Below are positions 49,066 to 63,861 of a stretch of 64,000 bases of DNA, piece by piece. The stretch comes from Antedon mediterranea (taxonomy: Eukaryota; Animalia; Echinodermata), in the NCBI RefSeq assembly GCF_964355755.1, contig NC_092680.1:3782001-3846000 (forward strand). Reading direction: 5' to 3'. Positions within the stretch are counted from its first letter, which is position 1. Each line of letters starts with the position of its first letter. Position numbers and translations under genes: made by a program. Under the pieces are notes generated by a model. The model had not been told where the DNA came from, did no database searches, and saw only the letters and a list, made by a program, of their open reading frames with translations.

Positions 49066-51935
49066 TTCCAGTTAGCTTCAACAAATAATACAAATTATAT
49101 TATTACTATTTTAATTAGCATGTGAGGTCATCACATCTACCTAATTCGCATCCAGCCGGCCCTCTCTACATCCATACTTTTGTGGAACAAAGTTAAGATT
49201 TTTTTGATTGATTGATGGAAGTGTTTCCATTCACCTTTTGGGTCAAACCTATTATTTTAACTTCTCCCTTGTGTATAAAAAACAGAAAAAAAAAAGTTTT
49301 CCTGGATGTTCTATAATTAATTAAACTGTTTCTTTACAATAAATCAGGTGCCAATCAGATGGATAGGAATTTGGGGGAAAGTGTCAAATTTATCTACACC
49401 CTACTGGGTCCTAGACGTACAGTACGTTCCCTCCACTCCACAACCAAATGATCTTTCACGCACTTCAATTGTAACTATGCAATAATGTATATGTTTTAAA
49501 TGAAGAGAGAATTATTATGTTAATTATTTTGTTAATTATGGTAATTAATTTTAATTATTTTATACTGGTAGGCAGATGCATTAGCTCTCATAATGGAGAA
49601 AGAATTATAAAAACAATATAATTTATAAACTATTCCATAAATTGTTCATGTTATAATCTTAAGTTATGAATCATAACATCTGAATCTGAGATGTGACCAA
49701 AAAAGACTGGCTGGCGTCATAATAACCTCTACTATTTTACAGTACTATAAACTATGCTTAGACCATAGCTATTAGCCTGCTACTACTACTACTTCACTAG
49801 GCCTAGCTAATAAGGGATTCCTCATTAAGTATGTTTAGGCCTGTACTGTGTAGTAGGATAGGTCTAGACTCGCCCTACTACTCTAGCTTGGTCCCTCCCA
49901 GCCATACTAGGCTAACTACACACTAGTCACTATAGGCCTAGACCTAGGAGGCCTAGCATTTTAAATTAAATTTAATGATTAGATCTTTTCTTTTGTTTTT
50001 AAATATATTTCAAAATAAAGGTTACTATAACATACCTTCAGACTGTCAATTTACATATGTTAACTGAATCACAACAAAGGTTTTTACGTTAAAAACAAAT
50101 ACAATATTTTGTCAATTGCCACATCGACACAAATATTTTTGACAACACCACCACCACCAGCAACATGTGTAAAACCATTGAACCGTATCATCCAATCCAA
50201 TATGCAAAGAGAGGGCTCACTATACAATTTTCACTTACTTTTTTCCAAATTGGCGCTTTTCACATTCCTGATTGTCAACATTATTGCAAACATTCACAAA
50301 ACATTATTTTATCGTCATCTTAATGTTTCTCTATTATCAAGTCACAGTCAGCTCCATCATTGTAGGGCAAGTCCATACATGTCAAGTTTATCATCAGCAT
50401 TTGGACGCGGGTAAAAATATTGTTCGTGGAGTTCTACAACAATTAAAGAATAAAGACGTATCTAAAAGTTGAGGAAATTTATTTATTTACCTCGTGTGGA
50501 AAACCAATATGGCCATAATAAAGAACGTTCATACTATTTACAAAAAAATACAATTTAACTTCGTTGATAAACATCGTAATTCTAAATTCAACGTTGTTGA
50601 TATTATCGACTAGCCTATCTACCGGTCGTAAATACTTCCTATTTTAGTAGGCCTACTTTCAATTTCTCTATAGGCAAGACACTGCACCAAAGTGCATATA
50701 TAATTTACAGCATTTTATAAAACGAGATATGCTGTAGCAGAATTAACACAATTGTAGGCCTACTATTAGCACAATTTACACATTTCGTTTCAAATTAAGG
50801 AACTCAGTGGAAACTATTGTAATGTCTTCTGTTCAAGGATTTATTTAATCCGGAATCTATAATTGAGATTTTCTTTACAGTTTTTTTAATATAGATTAGA
50901 AATAAAAACAAACATCATATAAATAGCAATTTTACATTTGTATCAAACGTAGAAATAGGCCTATCCGTTGTGTAAACGACGACGGCTAAACTCTTATCTT
51001 CCCGACGATAACGTTTGAGTTGCAACATTTAAACTTCGATAATAATTATGGATTTATGATTGCGCGTACGATAACAATTTTAATTTTATCGTTACCTTTG
51101 TCCTTAGTGGTTTATATCAACGAGATAATTCAATGTATGCTTAGGTCGATCCTAGACAGAAAGCTGTCGTCAATATCAAACGTCATTATTGTCTTTTAGA
51201 AAAGTAAACACTATCATGAAGGACAAGCTCAACACAAATAATACCGTATAAAAAACGTAATTTAGACGTTCCTGGACAGGTGTAAACATTATTAGGCCTA
51301 TTTCAGTTTATTTTTTCAGTTTTTCGTCGTATAGTAGTTCATCACATTTCAAAGACTGCTCCTATCTCGCGTGCTCGAGTGTTATTTTCGTCACATAGTA
51401 TTTCAACACATAAAAGAATTCGTTCCAATGTTCTTGCTCAGACAATTATCTTAGGAGTGCTATCGTCATGTTTCATTTTGATGACGTCATCATGTTAGAA
51501 AATATAGTTGGTGGTTAATCTAACCTATGCTACACTATAATGACATACAAATTGACACAATGTAGCACTAAACATTACTCTAAGGATTTCGTACGGTACA
51601 ACTTAATTGCGTTCATGTTGTACGTGACGTGTGTGTGTTGTCACGTAACACGTTCGCGCGGCAACCAACTCGTCTCAAGAGTGACGAGTTCAAATCTATT
51701 ATTATATTATAGCCTCCTAAATGGAAACAAAATTACATTCCCAGTAAAAAGAGGACGTGCTTTAGGAAAAATATAAATAAATAATGAGGACGTCATATTT
51801 CATATGATTTTACTCAAATTTGCTATGAAACGTCTAGTTCAATTCTCCACTGAATATATTAGTATTATAGACTTCACAAGTCTAAAATTCTCTTCGTTTT
51901 AAGTGCTGTGTGATTTCCACAGATAGTTTATACGT

Positions 51936-54900
51936 CTAAACAGGAGTTGCATTTTCCCGAATAAATTTATCTTCAGCAACAATGCCAGTGGAAACGGCGA
52001 TGTATTTGTCGTTACTGGTTGAACTGCAAAAGGAGTTGTAGACATACACAGCAAAATAACAAAGAGAAGACATGAACCAGAAAGCGGCGCAAACCATTAT
52101 TGACGTATTGTAGCTTCCGGTTGCGTCGAAGGCTTTACCTATAAAGATAAAAGTAACAACATAAGTGTAATCCTGGGCTTTTGGTAGTCCGAACTACTTC
52201 CTAAATATAACTAAACCTAACCCTCTAAATAATCTCTCTCTCACTATAATTTATAAAGTAAAAGAAGTAGCTCATGGGAGTCGAACCCCATACATCGACA
52301 TGTAAAGTCCATAGTCTTATCCACTCGACTACACAGACGGCTCGACAGAAATCGTTTGCATTAGCGAATTGTAGTTAGCTGAATTCTTACGTCAAACCTT
52401 ATGGATATGATTAATGAATATTCATGTTTATTTTGTGACGTTTCACGAGGGGTCCCCAACTTATGTACGAAAAGAAATATCGCTTCCCGGTCCACTATAG
52501 ACGCAAGCAAGGACGTACGAGCAACCCAAGCGAGTTGACCAATGACAAGCCACTGTTAATAATCCATCGCTTGTGATTAGTCAAATCACTTACTATAGGA
52601 CGAAACGCAACGACTTAAGCGCGACGAAGCAATTTAACCGACCACAAGCGATGGATTATATCCGAATTTGTGTTTGTTATTAATTTGTTAACTCGCTTGC
52701 GTTGCGCTTACGTCCTTGCGTTGTTTCTCAGTGTGAACTAAGCTTTAGGACGTAGGCGCGCATTGTATTGGCGCAAAGTTATTGTTAACTTTAACGATTT
52801 GAAAATTCAACGCAACTCGCGTTTCATTTCACAGAAATTGATAAAGGAATCATTATAATGACTTAGGCAATAATTATTGGGTCGAATTCATTCGGTTTTA
52901 TTATAGACCTGCAGATTTGTAATAAACGAATACATAACTTATTATGATGTTGTAAATCAAAACTTTATGATGCAATGAAATAAAACTGCACGGTATATAT
53001 GCTGATGTTCATTGAACATGACCCTTCTCGTAGAATAACTAGCACAGCGCCGAGTCACACCACAGGCTTACACTAATGGAAAGAATAATCAGTGTAGCGT
53101 ACATGGGTGCATTATAAAGCTTGGTTCCCACTAGGACGCAACGCAACGGACATAAATGCAACGCAAGCGAGTTGACCAATGATGACAAGCGATCCGATAG
53201 TCGAATAAATCCATCATTTGTGATTGGTAAAATGCCTTACGTTGCGTTACGTCGTTGTGAGTGAGAACCAAGCATAATAATCCATTGGGTGTCGGAGCGC
53301 ATGTTTTTAGATCCTTCCATTACAGTATGTTAAACTTGGTTCCCACTTGATGACAACGCAAAACCGTACGTAAGCGCACCGTTGAATCACGACGCCTTTG
53401 ATTGGTCAACTCACTTGTGTTACGCGTCCAAGTGGGAACCAAGCTTTAAGGTACAACACTGCACGTTAAATAGGGAACGTCCATTCTGTCCGGGGGTTGT
53501 GTAATGCACTATTTTGTAGTCCAGCTAAGCATGGTGTCTGACGATTATAATTGCATTAACTTTTTAGTGGTAGGCCTACTCATGTCTGTTGCGCAAGATA
53601 CTGTTTCAAAACCCGATAAAACCAGACTACGAACAATTAACTTTTATGGAAAGACAATGCTCGGTGTTCAAAACAGGAATACGAATTTGCACTCAAAATG
53701 AACCGCTTCCTAATCTGGTGGTTACGCACATCACTTTAATATCCTAAAATAATAACAAGAACGAAATCAGGCGGCGTGTACTAAATGGTCAATAAGACTG
53801 GTTACCGTTTTGCATTGTCATTTATTGATAATTAATTAATATTGTTATTGAGGCGCGCAGAAGGACAATGACATGTAATAGTTGTTGAATAAAGGTCGTT
53901 TTACACGACAACAACCAAGGCTGCGTTCAGACGGTTACAAACATAACGGTAAATGTGGGTTCTAGAATCGCGTGTTTTTTAAAATGTTTTTTATGTTTTT
54001 AATAGCAGCAATGTTAAAGATGTATTGTCCCCCAAAAACATGAAAAAATAAAGATTAATAAAATCAGATTTTGAATAAGCAATTTCACAGTTTTAATAAA
54101 GTTATTCACTTCTGTAGAAAAAAAATCATCAAAAAATAATTATTTCACTTATAAAAAGACAAAATGGTTAATTTCAACCAAAAACCATTGTCTTCCAGAC
54201 AATTTAGGTATATTTTGCTTTAAATTACATTTTTTTTGGTGGAAAATGTTTTTTTTTGGATCAAATTTTTGGTCATTGTGAATAACTATTATATGATATT
54301 AAAATGGCATATTCAACAAAAAAAAATTAAAAAATTATCTTTGAGGGGGACAATATATCTTTAATATTACTGAAATTATTAAAATATTATTAACATCTAT
54401 TAATATCGCCGTGCATTGACCTTCCCTAATAACAACAATAATAAGGATAACCTTCATTATATAACTAAACAACCTCTAGTGTTTTGCTTGTATTATTATT
54501 TGAAATATTTACAAAGTCATAGGCATAGGCCTACATTTAATATTAATCATTACGTATACATTCACGTACATAAATTGACGCCTCGTATGAGTAAAATAGT
54601 AGATCTCACTTTTGAACGACATATAGTTATCGTTTTATTCAAATATGAAAACAATTGTTTTTCTTCTGGTTTTGACTTTATTTACGGTTTTATGTTCAAT
54701 TCAAATAAATAATTTGTGCTGTCGCACAAACGAAATAAAAATTATATAACGGGTCAACTATTTTCACTATAAAAAAACCTATAAAAGTTACAGTTCTTTT
54801 CAATGTATATGGGTAGGCCAGTTTCTTTGATTTGTCCACGAGTAATTGTGGAAGAAAGCTAGTGAATTTAATTACCGTGGCTCAATTAAATTAAACATCC

Positions 54901-57900
54901 ATGACAAAACTGTTCATATAGTTCGATGTGACGACAGGACCTATGACGTCACAAATGAAGGGAGGCCGCCTATTAAAATTATCGTATGCGTTTCATTTCG
55001 CAATTTTCGTCAAGTCATCTAATTCAACTTGGTCGATTCTAGGTCCAAACTAGGCATAGACGTATAATTGTTCAGGTGACAACCTTGAATTATTATCACA
55101 GACATGCGCATTTTAACCTTTTTATGAGTGTATGGGGGGTGTATGGTCGTTGCTAAAATCGATTTTTGAGAGCTGGACATCCAGATAGACTGTGGAAACC
55201 GTAATTTCTCTATTGAGCTACTCGCCTGGCAAGATAATTTTTTTATGCTGTGACTGCAACATCATTATGACCGTCAAAGCCACGCAGGGGTTTTAGGAGT
55301 AGAGGGGAAGGCACATAACTCACCAAACGCCATCGGAGCACCTAACGCAGCCAGACCAATAGACACGGTCAGATATCCAACAACTTCAGAGTTTCTTGCA
55401 ATACCAAAAATCTCTACTGCCACCGAGTAAATCAGAGACCAGTGGATGCCCATCGGTATACTTGAGACTAAAATGATCAAAAGTTTATTGTGTTAATAAA
55501 AAGAACTTGTAAGTGTAAAATATACGTTTCAAGAAGCTAAAGGGAATAATCCATAAAAACAATATTAGACAATATCTTTTGGTTTCACTCGATTCTCCAA
55601 AATCCACGTCTTGTATTCTAAAACACTACGCTGGCGGTATCGTCTGCATTCTGCTTGTGCGCGTCTTTTTAACAGGAGATCACGTGTGCCGTGTTCTTAA
55701 ATTAAATGGAGAGATCGAAATTTGATAACGCTTTCTTGCAGAGATATGAATATATTGGAGGATCGGGAGAGACACATGTATCTCAGAAAACATTCTAACA
55801 CATTACCGTATAGTACCCATGACTATCTTAATAATTATTGTTTAACTCACCAATAAACAAAACGTTAAAACGATTTTATTATGCATTAGTGATCATAAAC
55901 AATTCTGTATACAAAAGTTATCACACAAAAATACATTACTATCATGATAGCAATGAAATTGATAATCACAATGATATGACAGTGATGAGCCTATTATAAA
56001 TCATATTAGTGGTTGCGACTGGTAAAACTTCTTTTTATCATCACAGAGGAAGTCCTGTTGTTTTGATTATTCTCACTCTCAATCACATGTCTTGGCAGCT
56101 TGATATGTTATATATCAACATTGAGTAAAACTAGTTTCAGTAGATTTTTTATTGTTCGTGGAGAAATGATTTTAAGGAATGTAGGCCTATATTTTGGCGG
56201 ATGAATAATGTGAAAAGAAGCACGTATCGGACTGCAGACAAACTGCGTCAGGTGGTTTGTTGTCAAAGGGGCGGATCCAGTGGTATGCACTATTATTGAG
56301 CATCTCCCCAAAAGTTAAAACAGTAAGAGAATGCATATTATTTATATAGTAAAGTAAGAATATAAACACACATAGGCCTATATTCAAAGCGAACCCTTGA
56401 AGCCCACACAATAATCACCACCGTTTGAGATGGATCCGCCCCTGTTAGGTCCTTCCTTGATGTTTCCCCACCCAGAAAGTATTTTAAAATTCTGAATGAT
56501 GAACGATTTTCCTTCATGCTATATACCGTACAGTAAGTAATTTGCAACACTAAACATTTCGTCGTCTGAATGGAACGTATGAAACTGCAAAACGAAGTGT
56601 TGGTCACTTATTTAAAATGGTTAGTAAATGCTTACTGATGGTATAGACTATAAACATAGCATAGGAATCTACGAATAATAAGGTGACGGTAATGCCAGTT
56701 CCCAGCAGACACGTCAGACACATTGCCACGACCCGTGGAAACGGAAGCTTGTCACCTCCTATTATGCACAGGAATCGACCAATCAGCTGACCTCCAGCCG
56801 ATATTGCAACCATATGCGAGGCGATCTTTGGTGGGAACGCCATACTTTCAGCAACGCTTACCTATGACGGAAAATCAATGTCGTCAAGTGTAATGTCCCT
56901 AACCTAATCCTAAACTAAAATATATTATTTGTTAATGTGAACATTTCGAGTTTCAACACTCGAGTTTACGTGTGTAATCACGTGACTCGAGTTGACATGG
57001 TCATTACAGTTCAAGATGAGTTCCCGATTTATATTATATATAATAAATAAAATAATGAAAATTACCAACCATTTAAGTTCATGCTTATGAAAATATCGTA
57101 ATTAAATAAAATTTAATAAAAGAATTATATAAAACGACAAAAGGTTATTTTAACAACTTTATATAAAAATATGGATCATTGTGGGTAAACGAAAAAGTGA
57201 AAGAAAATAAAATTCTGAAAAGTTTTAAAGATTTAAAATGAATAGGTTACTTACCAAATATATAAGATTAAACATCGCCGCACAAGTTGAAAATATTATT
57301 GCAAGATTGAAGAGCCAATGCTCAACTAATTTCAGTATCAACAGATACTTCATAAATATATCCTTAGGTTTTTCCTCTGCGACACATTTTTCAGTTCGTT
57401 TCTCGTCGTCATGTATTGAGTAAGTACTATCTGCGTCTTTAATTGGCGGTGGGTCGAAGGGAATACAGCATACAACGCCAACTAGTAATATAACGATGCT
57501 AAATATACGAAGAGTCAACCTCCAGCCATACCAAGTGAAACAAAAACTAAAGATTGGACCAAGCGTTAACATACCTAGAAAGTTAGATTAAGTTAAAAAA
57601 AAATTAGAATTAGCAAATTTATCAGGCACAATTGGAACAGGGATGTCAATTTCATATGTCTAATTCATACTTCATTGATTGGAATAAACTTTCTCTCAAA
57701 ACTATCATCGGTACAGTATCTACAAAATAGAATTAGGCCTATTCGTCTTGTGTTACATGACGTGATATTTTACACAAGTGTCGTATGTATATTACCATAA
57801 TATAAATTAGTGTCGCATGTATATTATCATAATATCATCGCTATTCTATCAATACCTCGTAATATCCTTGTTACCGTATTTAATAAACAATTTCAGAATT

Positions 57901-60900
57901 CGGACCTGGATTAACTTAAAAATGAAGATGACCTTTAAAATGACCATTGTAATTGAAGGACAATGGAAGAAACAAACGCTTTGATGGCCACTTTATTCTT
58001 AATCGAGTCAAATTTGATAAATCGTATGCCCAAAGTTATTATAATGGAAATGAACCATCCACAAACAGATCGGGATAGAAATACGGTTTAAAGTGTCAAC
58101 AGATTGGATTCGTCTAACTTTGTTAGACACGTAGGCGCAATCGTAAGTAATTTGACCAATCACGAATCGAAATTGTGGCTTGTGATTGGTCAACTCACTT
58201 GCTACGTCGTCGTTGCGTCCAGTGGAACCAAGTTTAATTTAGCTATATCCGAACATCCAATGTTTATCTCTTATTTAAAAATAAACGTTTGTTTCTTCTG
58301 TTGTTTTAATGTTTCATTAAAGCATTTTAATTAATATTTTGTGTTATCGTTTACAGCGTTTAAGCTTAGTTAATTCCCATTGCAAGGACGTAAAGCAACG
58401 CAAAGTGACTTGACCAATCACAAGCGTTAGATTATTCGAACAGCCGCGTGTGATTGGTTAACTCGCTTGCGTGGCGTCTACGTCCTTGCGTTGCGTCTCT
58501 CTAGTGGGAACCACGCTTTAATAAACAGGCCTACTTACCCACGGCAGTTCCGGATACAGCCAGTGAAGTAGCCCGGGAACAATTATCATTTGGAAAATAA
58601 CAGCTCAATAAATTCATTAACGGGTTATAAACAAAGTTCCCGCCGATTCCGTACACGATACTAAACGTTATAAATACCGTGACCAGATCGGTAGCGAATG
58701 TCGTTAACAAGATTCCGGCTGCGCTAAGTACGACTCCAATTATAGCAACTTTACGATGGCTAGTCAACTCATACAAGAAACAAGACAGTGGTGACATGGA
58801 GCATATCGTTGCCGTTGAAACAGAGCCGACCCATCCTAAAAAATATAAAAATATAACTAAAATGTAAATATAGCAAAACTAATAAATAATTGGTGCAATA
58901 CTTATATATTTGGGCATATATGGCGTTTCATACGTATATTACTCGAGATTGTATTTTCAGACAAAAATCGAAATAAAAAAAGACAATAAATACAGACTTG
59001 GGACAAGTCTATTATAGGCTATATTATTGTAGGCTATATTTTTGAAAGTATTTTCAATGTATTTTTCAGTTTTTATCATTTTTCTATCTTCGTAAATATT
59101 CGTAAATATTTAATTATGACTTGTATGTATCACGTCTAGATACATTGTAGAAAGAAGTTGTAGGAAGATCATTTAACAATTTTAAATATTCATACTTTAG
59201 CTTATAGTGAATTCTAGCAAACTTAGACAGTAAAGAATAAATAGCAATGAGGCAGACAATGCGCCCGCCTCGTCTGAAATTTTCCATTTTCACTACCCAC
59301 TCGAATTCCCCATTTTGCCTACTTTTCTTTTTTAACCTCTCTCTACGGCTTTGATAGTATAAATGACAGAATGATTTTAATACTTTTTTGGGACACACAA
59401 CGAAAACATGAAACTGTATTGATTATATTCTGAGAAAATATTAAAGTGAAGTATTATAAAGGCATTTGCTGTCAACAACAACCATCGCTTATATTTTGCA
59501 CAAAAATAAAAATCATAACGTGACACCAAATAAATCCTAAAACGTCAATGTGAACAGACTATTACAATCAAGCGCCCTATCGATGGACTTTGACAATGGC
59601 TTACGTGAGGTGTGATTGTTATTTCGGTAAATTGTACATTTATTATCAGATTAATTTTGTGAAGTGTCAAAAAAACAAGTTCAACATTTTAATAAAAACA
59701 ACGTTGACCTGTCAAGCATTCGCAGATTGCTACAAATGATTGGTCATAAGCGGGATCCTCCTAAAATGTCGGCAAATACAAAAGAAACGTTAATATACGA
59801 TTCTTCGTCCCCAACCCCCATCCCCCATTCCTATAACTTGATCCGCCACAAACACTTTTACTGACAGGTTTGTTGTTGTATATTACAATTCGCCCGAATC
59901 GGAAAGGTTGGTGTAGACTTGCCCCCAAGTCTGTATTTATTGTCTTTTTTTATGTCAGTCCACCAGCCGACGTTTCGATTTTTGTCTGAAAATACAAGCT
60001 TAAGTAGTATAGGTATGAAACGCCATATATGACAAAATATTTATCTTTTTACTAATAATATTAATTCAAAACTCCGTCTGGAACCCATACTAGGGTTGGT
60101 GGTATGTGCGTGCGTATTTGTGAATGTTCGATTCTGAGTCCACAAATCTGCAACATGAAGATGCTGCGTAATGCGATGAGCAGCAAAAGCAATAAACCTA
60201 ATACTAATAGTGAAGGGGAGGTAACCCTTAAGATACGTAACGCAACGCAACGACGTATTGGCGCAAAGTGCTGTTTGGAAACCGACGACGCAACATACAG
60301 TGCTGCAAACATCGCAGGTTTGATTTCACGCAAGCGGGGGAAAACACAATTATTAGAAGGGCATTATTATTATTAGAAATTGCATTTTATTTGTCAGGAA
60401 TTTGTATGATTTATTTCTTTTTATTTTTAAATGCGCCTTGAGCACTCTGGAGTGGTATGTGCGCCATAAAAATCTTATTATTATTATTATTATTATATGT
60501 TTTATCGATATCGTTGCCTCGACATTATTATTATTGTTATTAATAGGCATTTACTCTGAGTTACGCTCTATCTATCGGTTGCGTGCCGTCTCGAAACCAA
60601 AAACAACAATAAGTTATTGTGTATACACAATGCATGCATTTAAGTCTACTTCCAAAGAATTTTATGGAAGTAAAATGAGTAAAAATAGATGAAAATCAAC
60701 AGAAATGTATGTTGCATGCTTCATTTTTCGCTTTATTTCTATGATATAGCTCTGTTATTGTCTATAATGACCGCATTGACCAATTAGGGCCTACCAAATA
60801 TTGTAGACATAATCCAGAACAATCGAATTTACAGCATGAACCCAGATCGAAGACTCTCACGACTTGCAAGACGGACCTCCATCCGGGCATTGCTTTACTA

Positions 60901-63861
60901 ATCAAAATAATCATCGACGAGATATTTTCGACAATGCGTTATTACGTCATCTTCATTCCTACGCTGACGGTTACTCCTCAGCATGTACAGAAATGTACAC
61001 CAGATCTACACGTCCACAGACGACCAAGGCAATCAACTAGCCCTATCTAGACAAACTTTAGTATATTTTTTTTCTGGTGAAAAGGAATTTTAATTCTATA
61101 ATTCTTAAAAGATCACGGTATATTTGACAAGCATGCAAATATGGGTGGTGTGGGTTTTACGATACGATAATAAAATTCGTAATGCGATCTTCTTTCTAAA
61201 AGTGGACTCAGAACGCTTGCAATTCCAGCCTAATTCAGATTAAAATGTGCCAAAGAGAAGCATTGTGGCTCTCTGTACGCCAGGGTGAAAATATGTGATT
61301 CAAAATGATTTTGAAATTAATAAATTTAAGTTTGCACTGTGTCGGATTTAGGCAGTGAATTCCATATCATGGAGCAGCACGAGTAAAGATCGTGCGCTTT
61401 GGGAACTGAAGCTTAATTAAAAGGTAGTCTGTACTTCTTTTAAAATTAAAATTGTAAAAACTAATTTTCCCATTTTTTTTAGGCGGAATAAACATTGATT
61501 ATTAGTATTAGTATTAATACTATTTATATTTGAAACTATAAATTATCAACACTTCATGGATAAGTGTTGATAAAATCTGTTCATACAATGCTGTTTATGT
61601 ACCATTACAAATACACAGTAGGAATCTTGAACGTGCACTTGACATCAATTTTTTTTTTACCTTTTGCCTTCATTTTGGGTTTTAGTTTATCCAATTTAGT
61701 ATCATTCCATATATGGGCTTGTGCATTACATTCGGAGGACACATTATACCTATCCACAGGCTAATAATATAGGTGCATTGCAAGAGAAAATTGGTATTAA
61801 AAATACGCATTTTATGCTGGATAAACTACCGAACTGTGGCTTGTAACCGATAGGCCTAGGTATGCATATAGTTATGTCCGTCCTGGCGTGCCATTGTTAT
61901 TCTCACGAAACAACGATGGAGTCATTATTACATTCACATAAATTCAAACAAACACAAACCATGGAGGTATAAAAATTGTTATACCTCCATGCACAAACAA
62001 ACTACTCTGTATATTGAATTAGAATACTGTACCAAATTACGATTACAAAGAATGTGTTCACGAAACAACACATTAAACTCATTGTAGCATACTGTATTAG
62101 GTAACTATTTAAGGAAAACAGATTCTCATGTCTGCAAGTTAAGTCTCAGATTAAACAACGATCCAAGTCGGACAAAACGACAACATTAATTCATGTTACA
62201 CAGAACAAGAGAAACAAGCCTCTGTGTAAAAACGTGTCATTCAACGGCTCACATTTCCAGCAAAGTACAGGATGAGGTTTCAAACAATTAACTAATTTAT
62301 AAAATCTAGACATTTTCACAACATCAAACAATTAACATTCATAGAATTCTGCTTTCTTCTCACGCAAAATATGTATTGGTTTACAAAGCTTTTCAGAGAA
62401 CTAGATATACGTGGTGTACCGCAAACGTTTGATTTGATTGCCATGCAAATTCAAACAATCACATAATTATTAACAATCAGAACATCATAATAAAGTCACA
62501 ATAATTCGTTGCGTAACCTTGTTTTAATTATCGGATAATGACCAATTAAGAAGGAAATTATGTTCATATTTCTTTTACATTGTTTTTAACCATTCTTAGG
62601 ATATTGCTCAAGTCCTCATCATGATCCCGGAAAAGAAATTGAACCGTATGATAAACAGTCAACAACCGTATAGACAAAAGAAAACAACATCTTACTGCTT
62701 AAAAGGAGAGGTATAGGTACCTGGGAACGGCCCTTTGTAGTAAGGTGTTTAGAGACCAATACAAATGACTATAATAGGACATTGTCTATATTCACTCTTT
62801 CGATTCAATTCATTGCAGAAATGAGCTTTTAACTTATGCCTATTATGAATATGTATTATATTATTATCATGGTTGATCAACCAATCATTCAAGTATAGCA
62901 TAATTGTGCGGTCTTTTAAACAATTTTAGGCCAGCCTTACATCTGCAAGCACGTACACATTTCAAAGATTTATTTGTACCCGAATGGTGATGTGTTTTTA
63001 TAAACATTTCGTTGTCTAATGTTGAAATTTTTGATTCGCCATGATGACGTAATGCTGTCTAGTTTTTCTTATATAGAGAATGCAATAATTTGACCCCGCG
63101 ATGACATTTTGATATCTGAATAATTGAAATAAAGAAAGTAACAGTAGTCTTATACAATGAAAAGATGAGATTTAATAAACTGCATATTTTTATTCGCTTC
63201 ATGAAAAAGAATCCATCTACGACCCATTGTTGGGCAAGTGTGTGAATTGATATAGGTGGGTCTAAAATTATAAGAAGCATAGGAACCAAGGGGAGAGATA
63301 GGCAACAAAAAAAAATAGTAAAGAATTGGTTTTACGTTATTGCTGCTCCTCTCACATGATTCCGGAGCAACTTGGCTTTTTACGATTCTATTTTTTAAAG
63401 AAAAATTGTGGGCGAAATTTAAAAATCGCGTTTAAGTTAATTTATTGACTTTGTGTGCACTAAAATAATTTAATTTATACGTTTTCTAACATTCTAATAA
63501 TCTTGATTTAAGTTCTAGAAACAGTGACTTCGAGTCTGAAGATTATCCGCTGGTAAATTTCAAACCTGTCATAAAAAAGATTTTCAGATCCCGGACGTGA
63601 CACCAAAAGCCTTGCTTGGTGAAACTAACATTTTCATTTAAATACAATTGTAGCCTTCTTTGATGAATGTCAAGTGTCATACTTACTATGCAAAATAAAT
63701 ACTAGAACTCAGTCTGTCAACTTACCTATAGCAGTTGTCGTTGAATTGAATTCTCTCTGCAGTTCCACCAGGATAACGCTAACTGTATGGATGACTCCTA
63801 TAATAAATATATTTATGATAAAAACGCAAAAAGCGATAGTCCATCCTCGTTTGTTATTCAT
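51936..63861 (-). CDS. SLC16 / monocarboxylate transporter family MFS protein, about 441 aa
   Basis: Exons (minus): 63861-63726, 58835-58539, 57574-57255, 56861-56636, 55467-55324, 52138-51936; total 1326 nt in frame, with an in-frame stop just upstream of the ATG. MCT signatures: RGWTIAFCVF, ELQREF...GWVGS, YFPNDNCSRATSLAVSG, YGWRLTLRI, IGRF, GAPMAFGKAFDATGSY. Confidence 0.88.
54018..54360. mobile_element. TTAA-flanked non-autonomous DNA element (Kolobok-like)
   Basis: TTAA at 54014-54017 and 54361-54364; TIR AGATGTATTGTCCCCC / GGGGGACAATATATCT. TIRs starting with purines plus a TTAA target fit Kolobok better than piggyBac. Confidence 0.75.
58905..60040. mobile_element. Non-autonomous DNA transposon of about 1.1 kb with about 100-bp TIRs
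   Basis: Left end CATATATGGCGTTTCATAC...TTGTATTTTCAGACAAAAATCGAAA...AAAAAAGACAATAAATACAGACTTGGG is mirrored at 59915-60035. No transposase recognised inside. Confidence 0.75.

Noticed and set aside
59114-59398. 94-aa ORF inside the long-TIR element as a transposase or SLC16 exon
   Set aside because: No DDE, HTH or MCT motifs recognised; the true SLC16 first coding exon is at 63861-63726.
60830-61040. Minus-strand PDGG codons resembling the MCT N-terminal motif
   Set aside because: An in-frame stop follows within six codons and there is no transmembrane segment; the gene model is complete without it.
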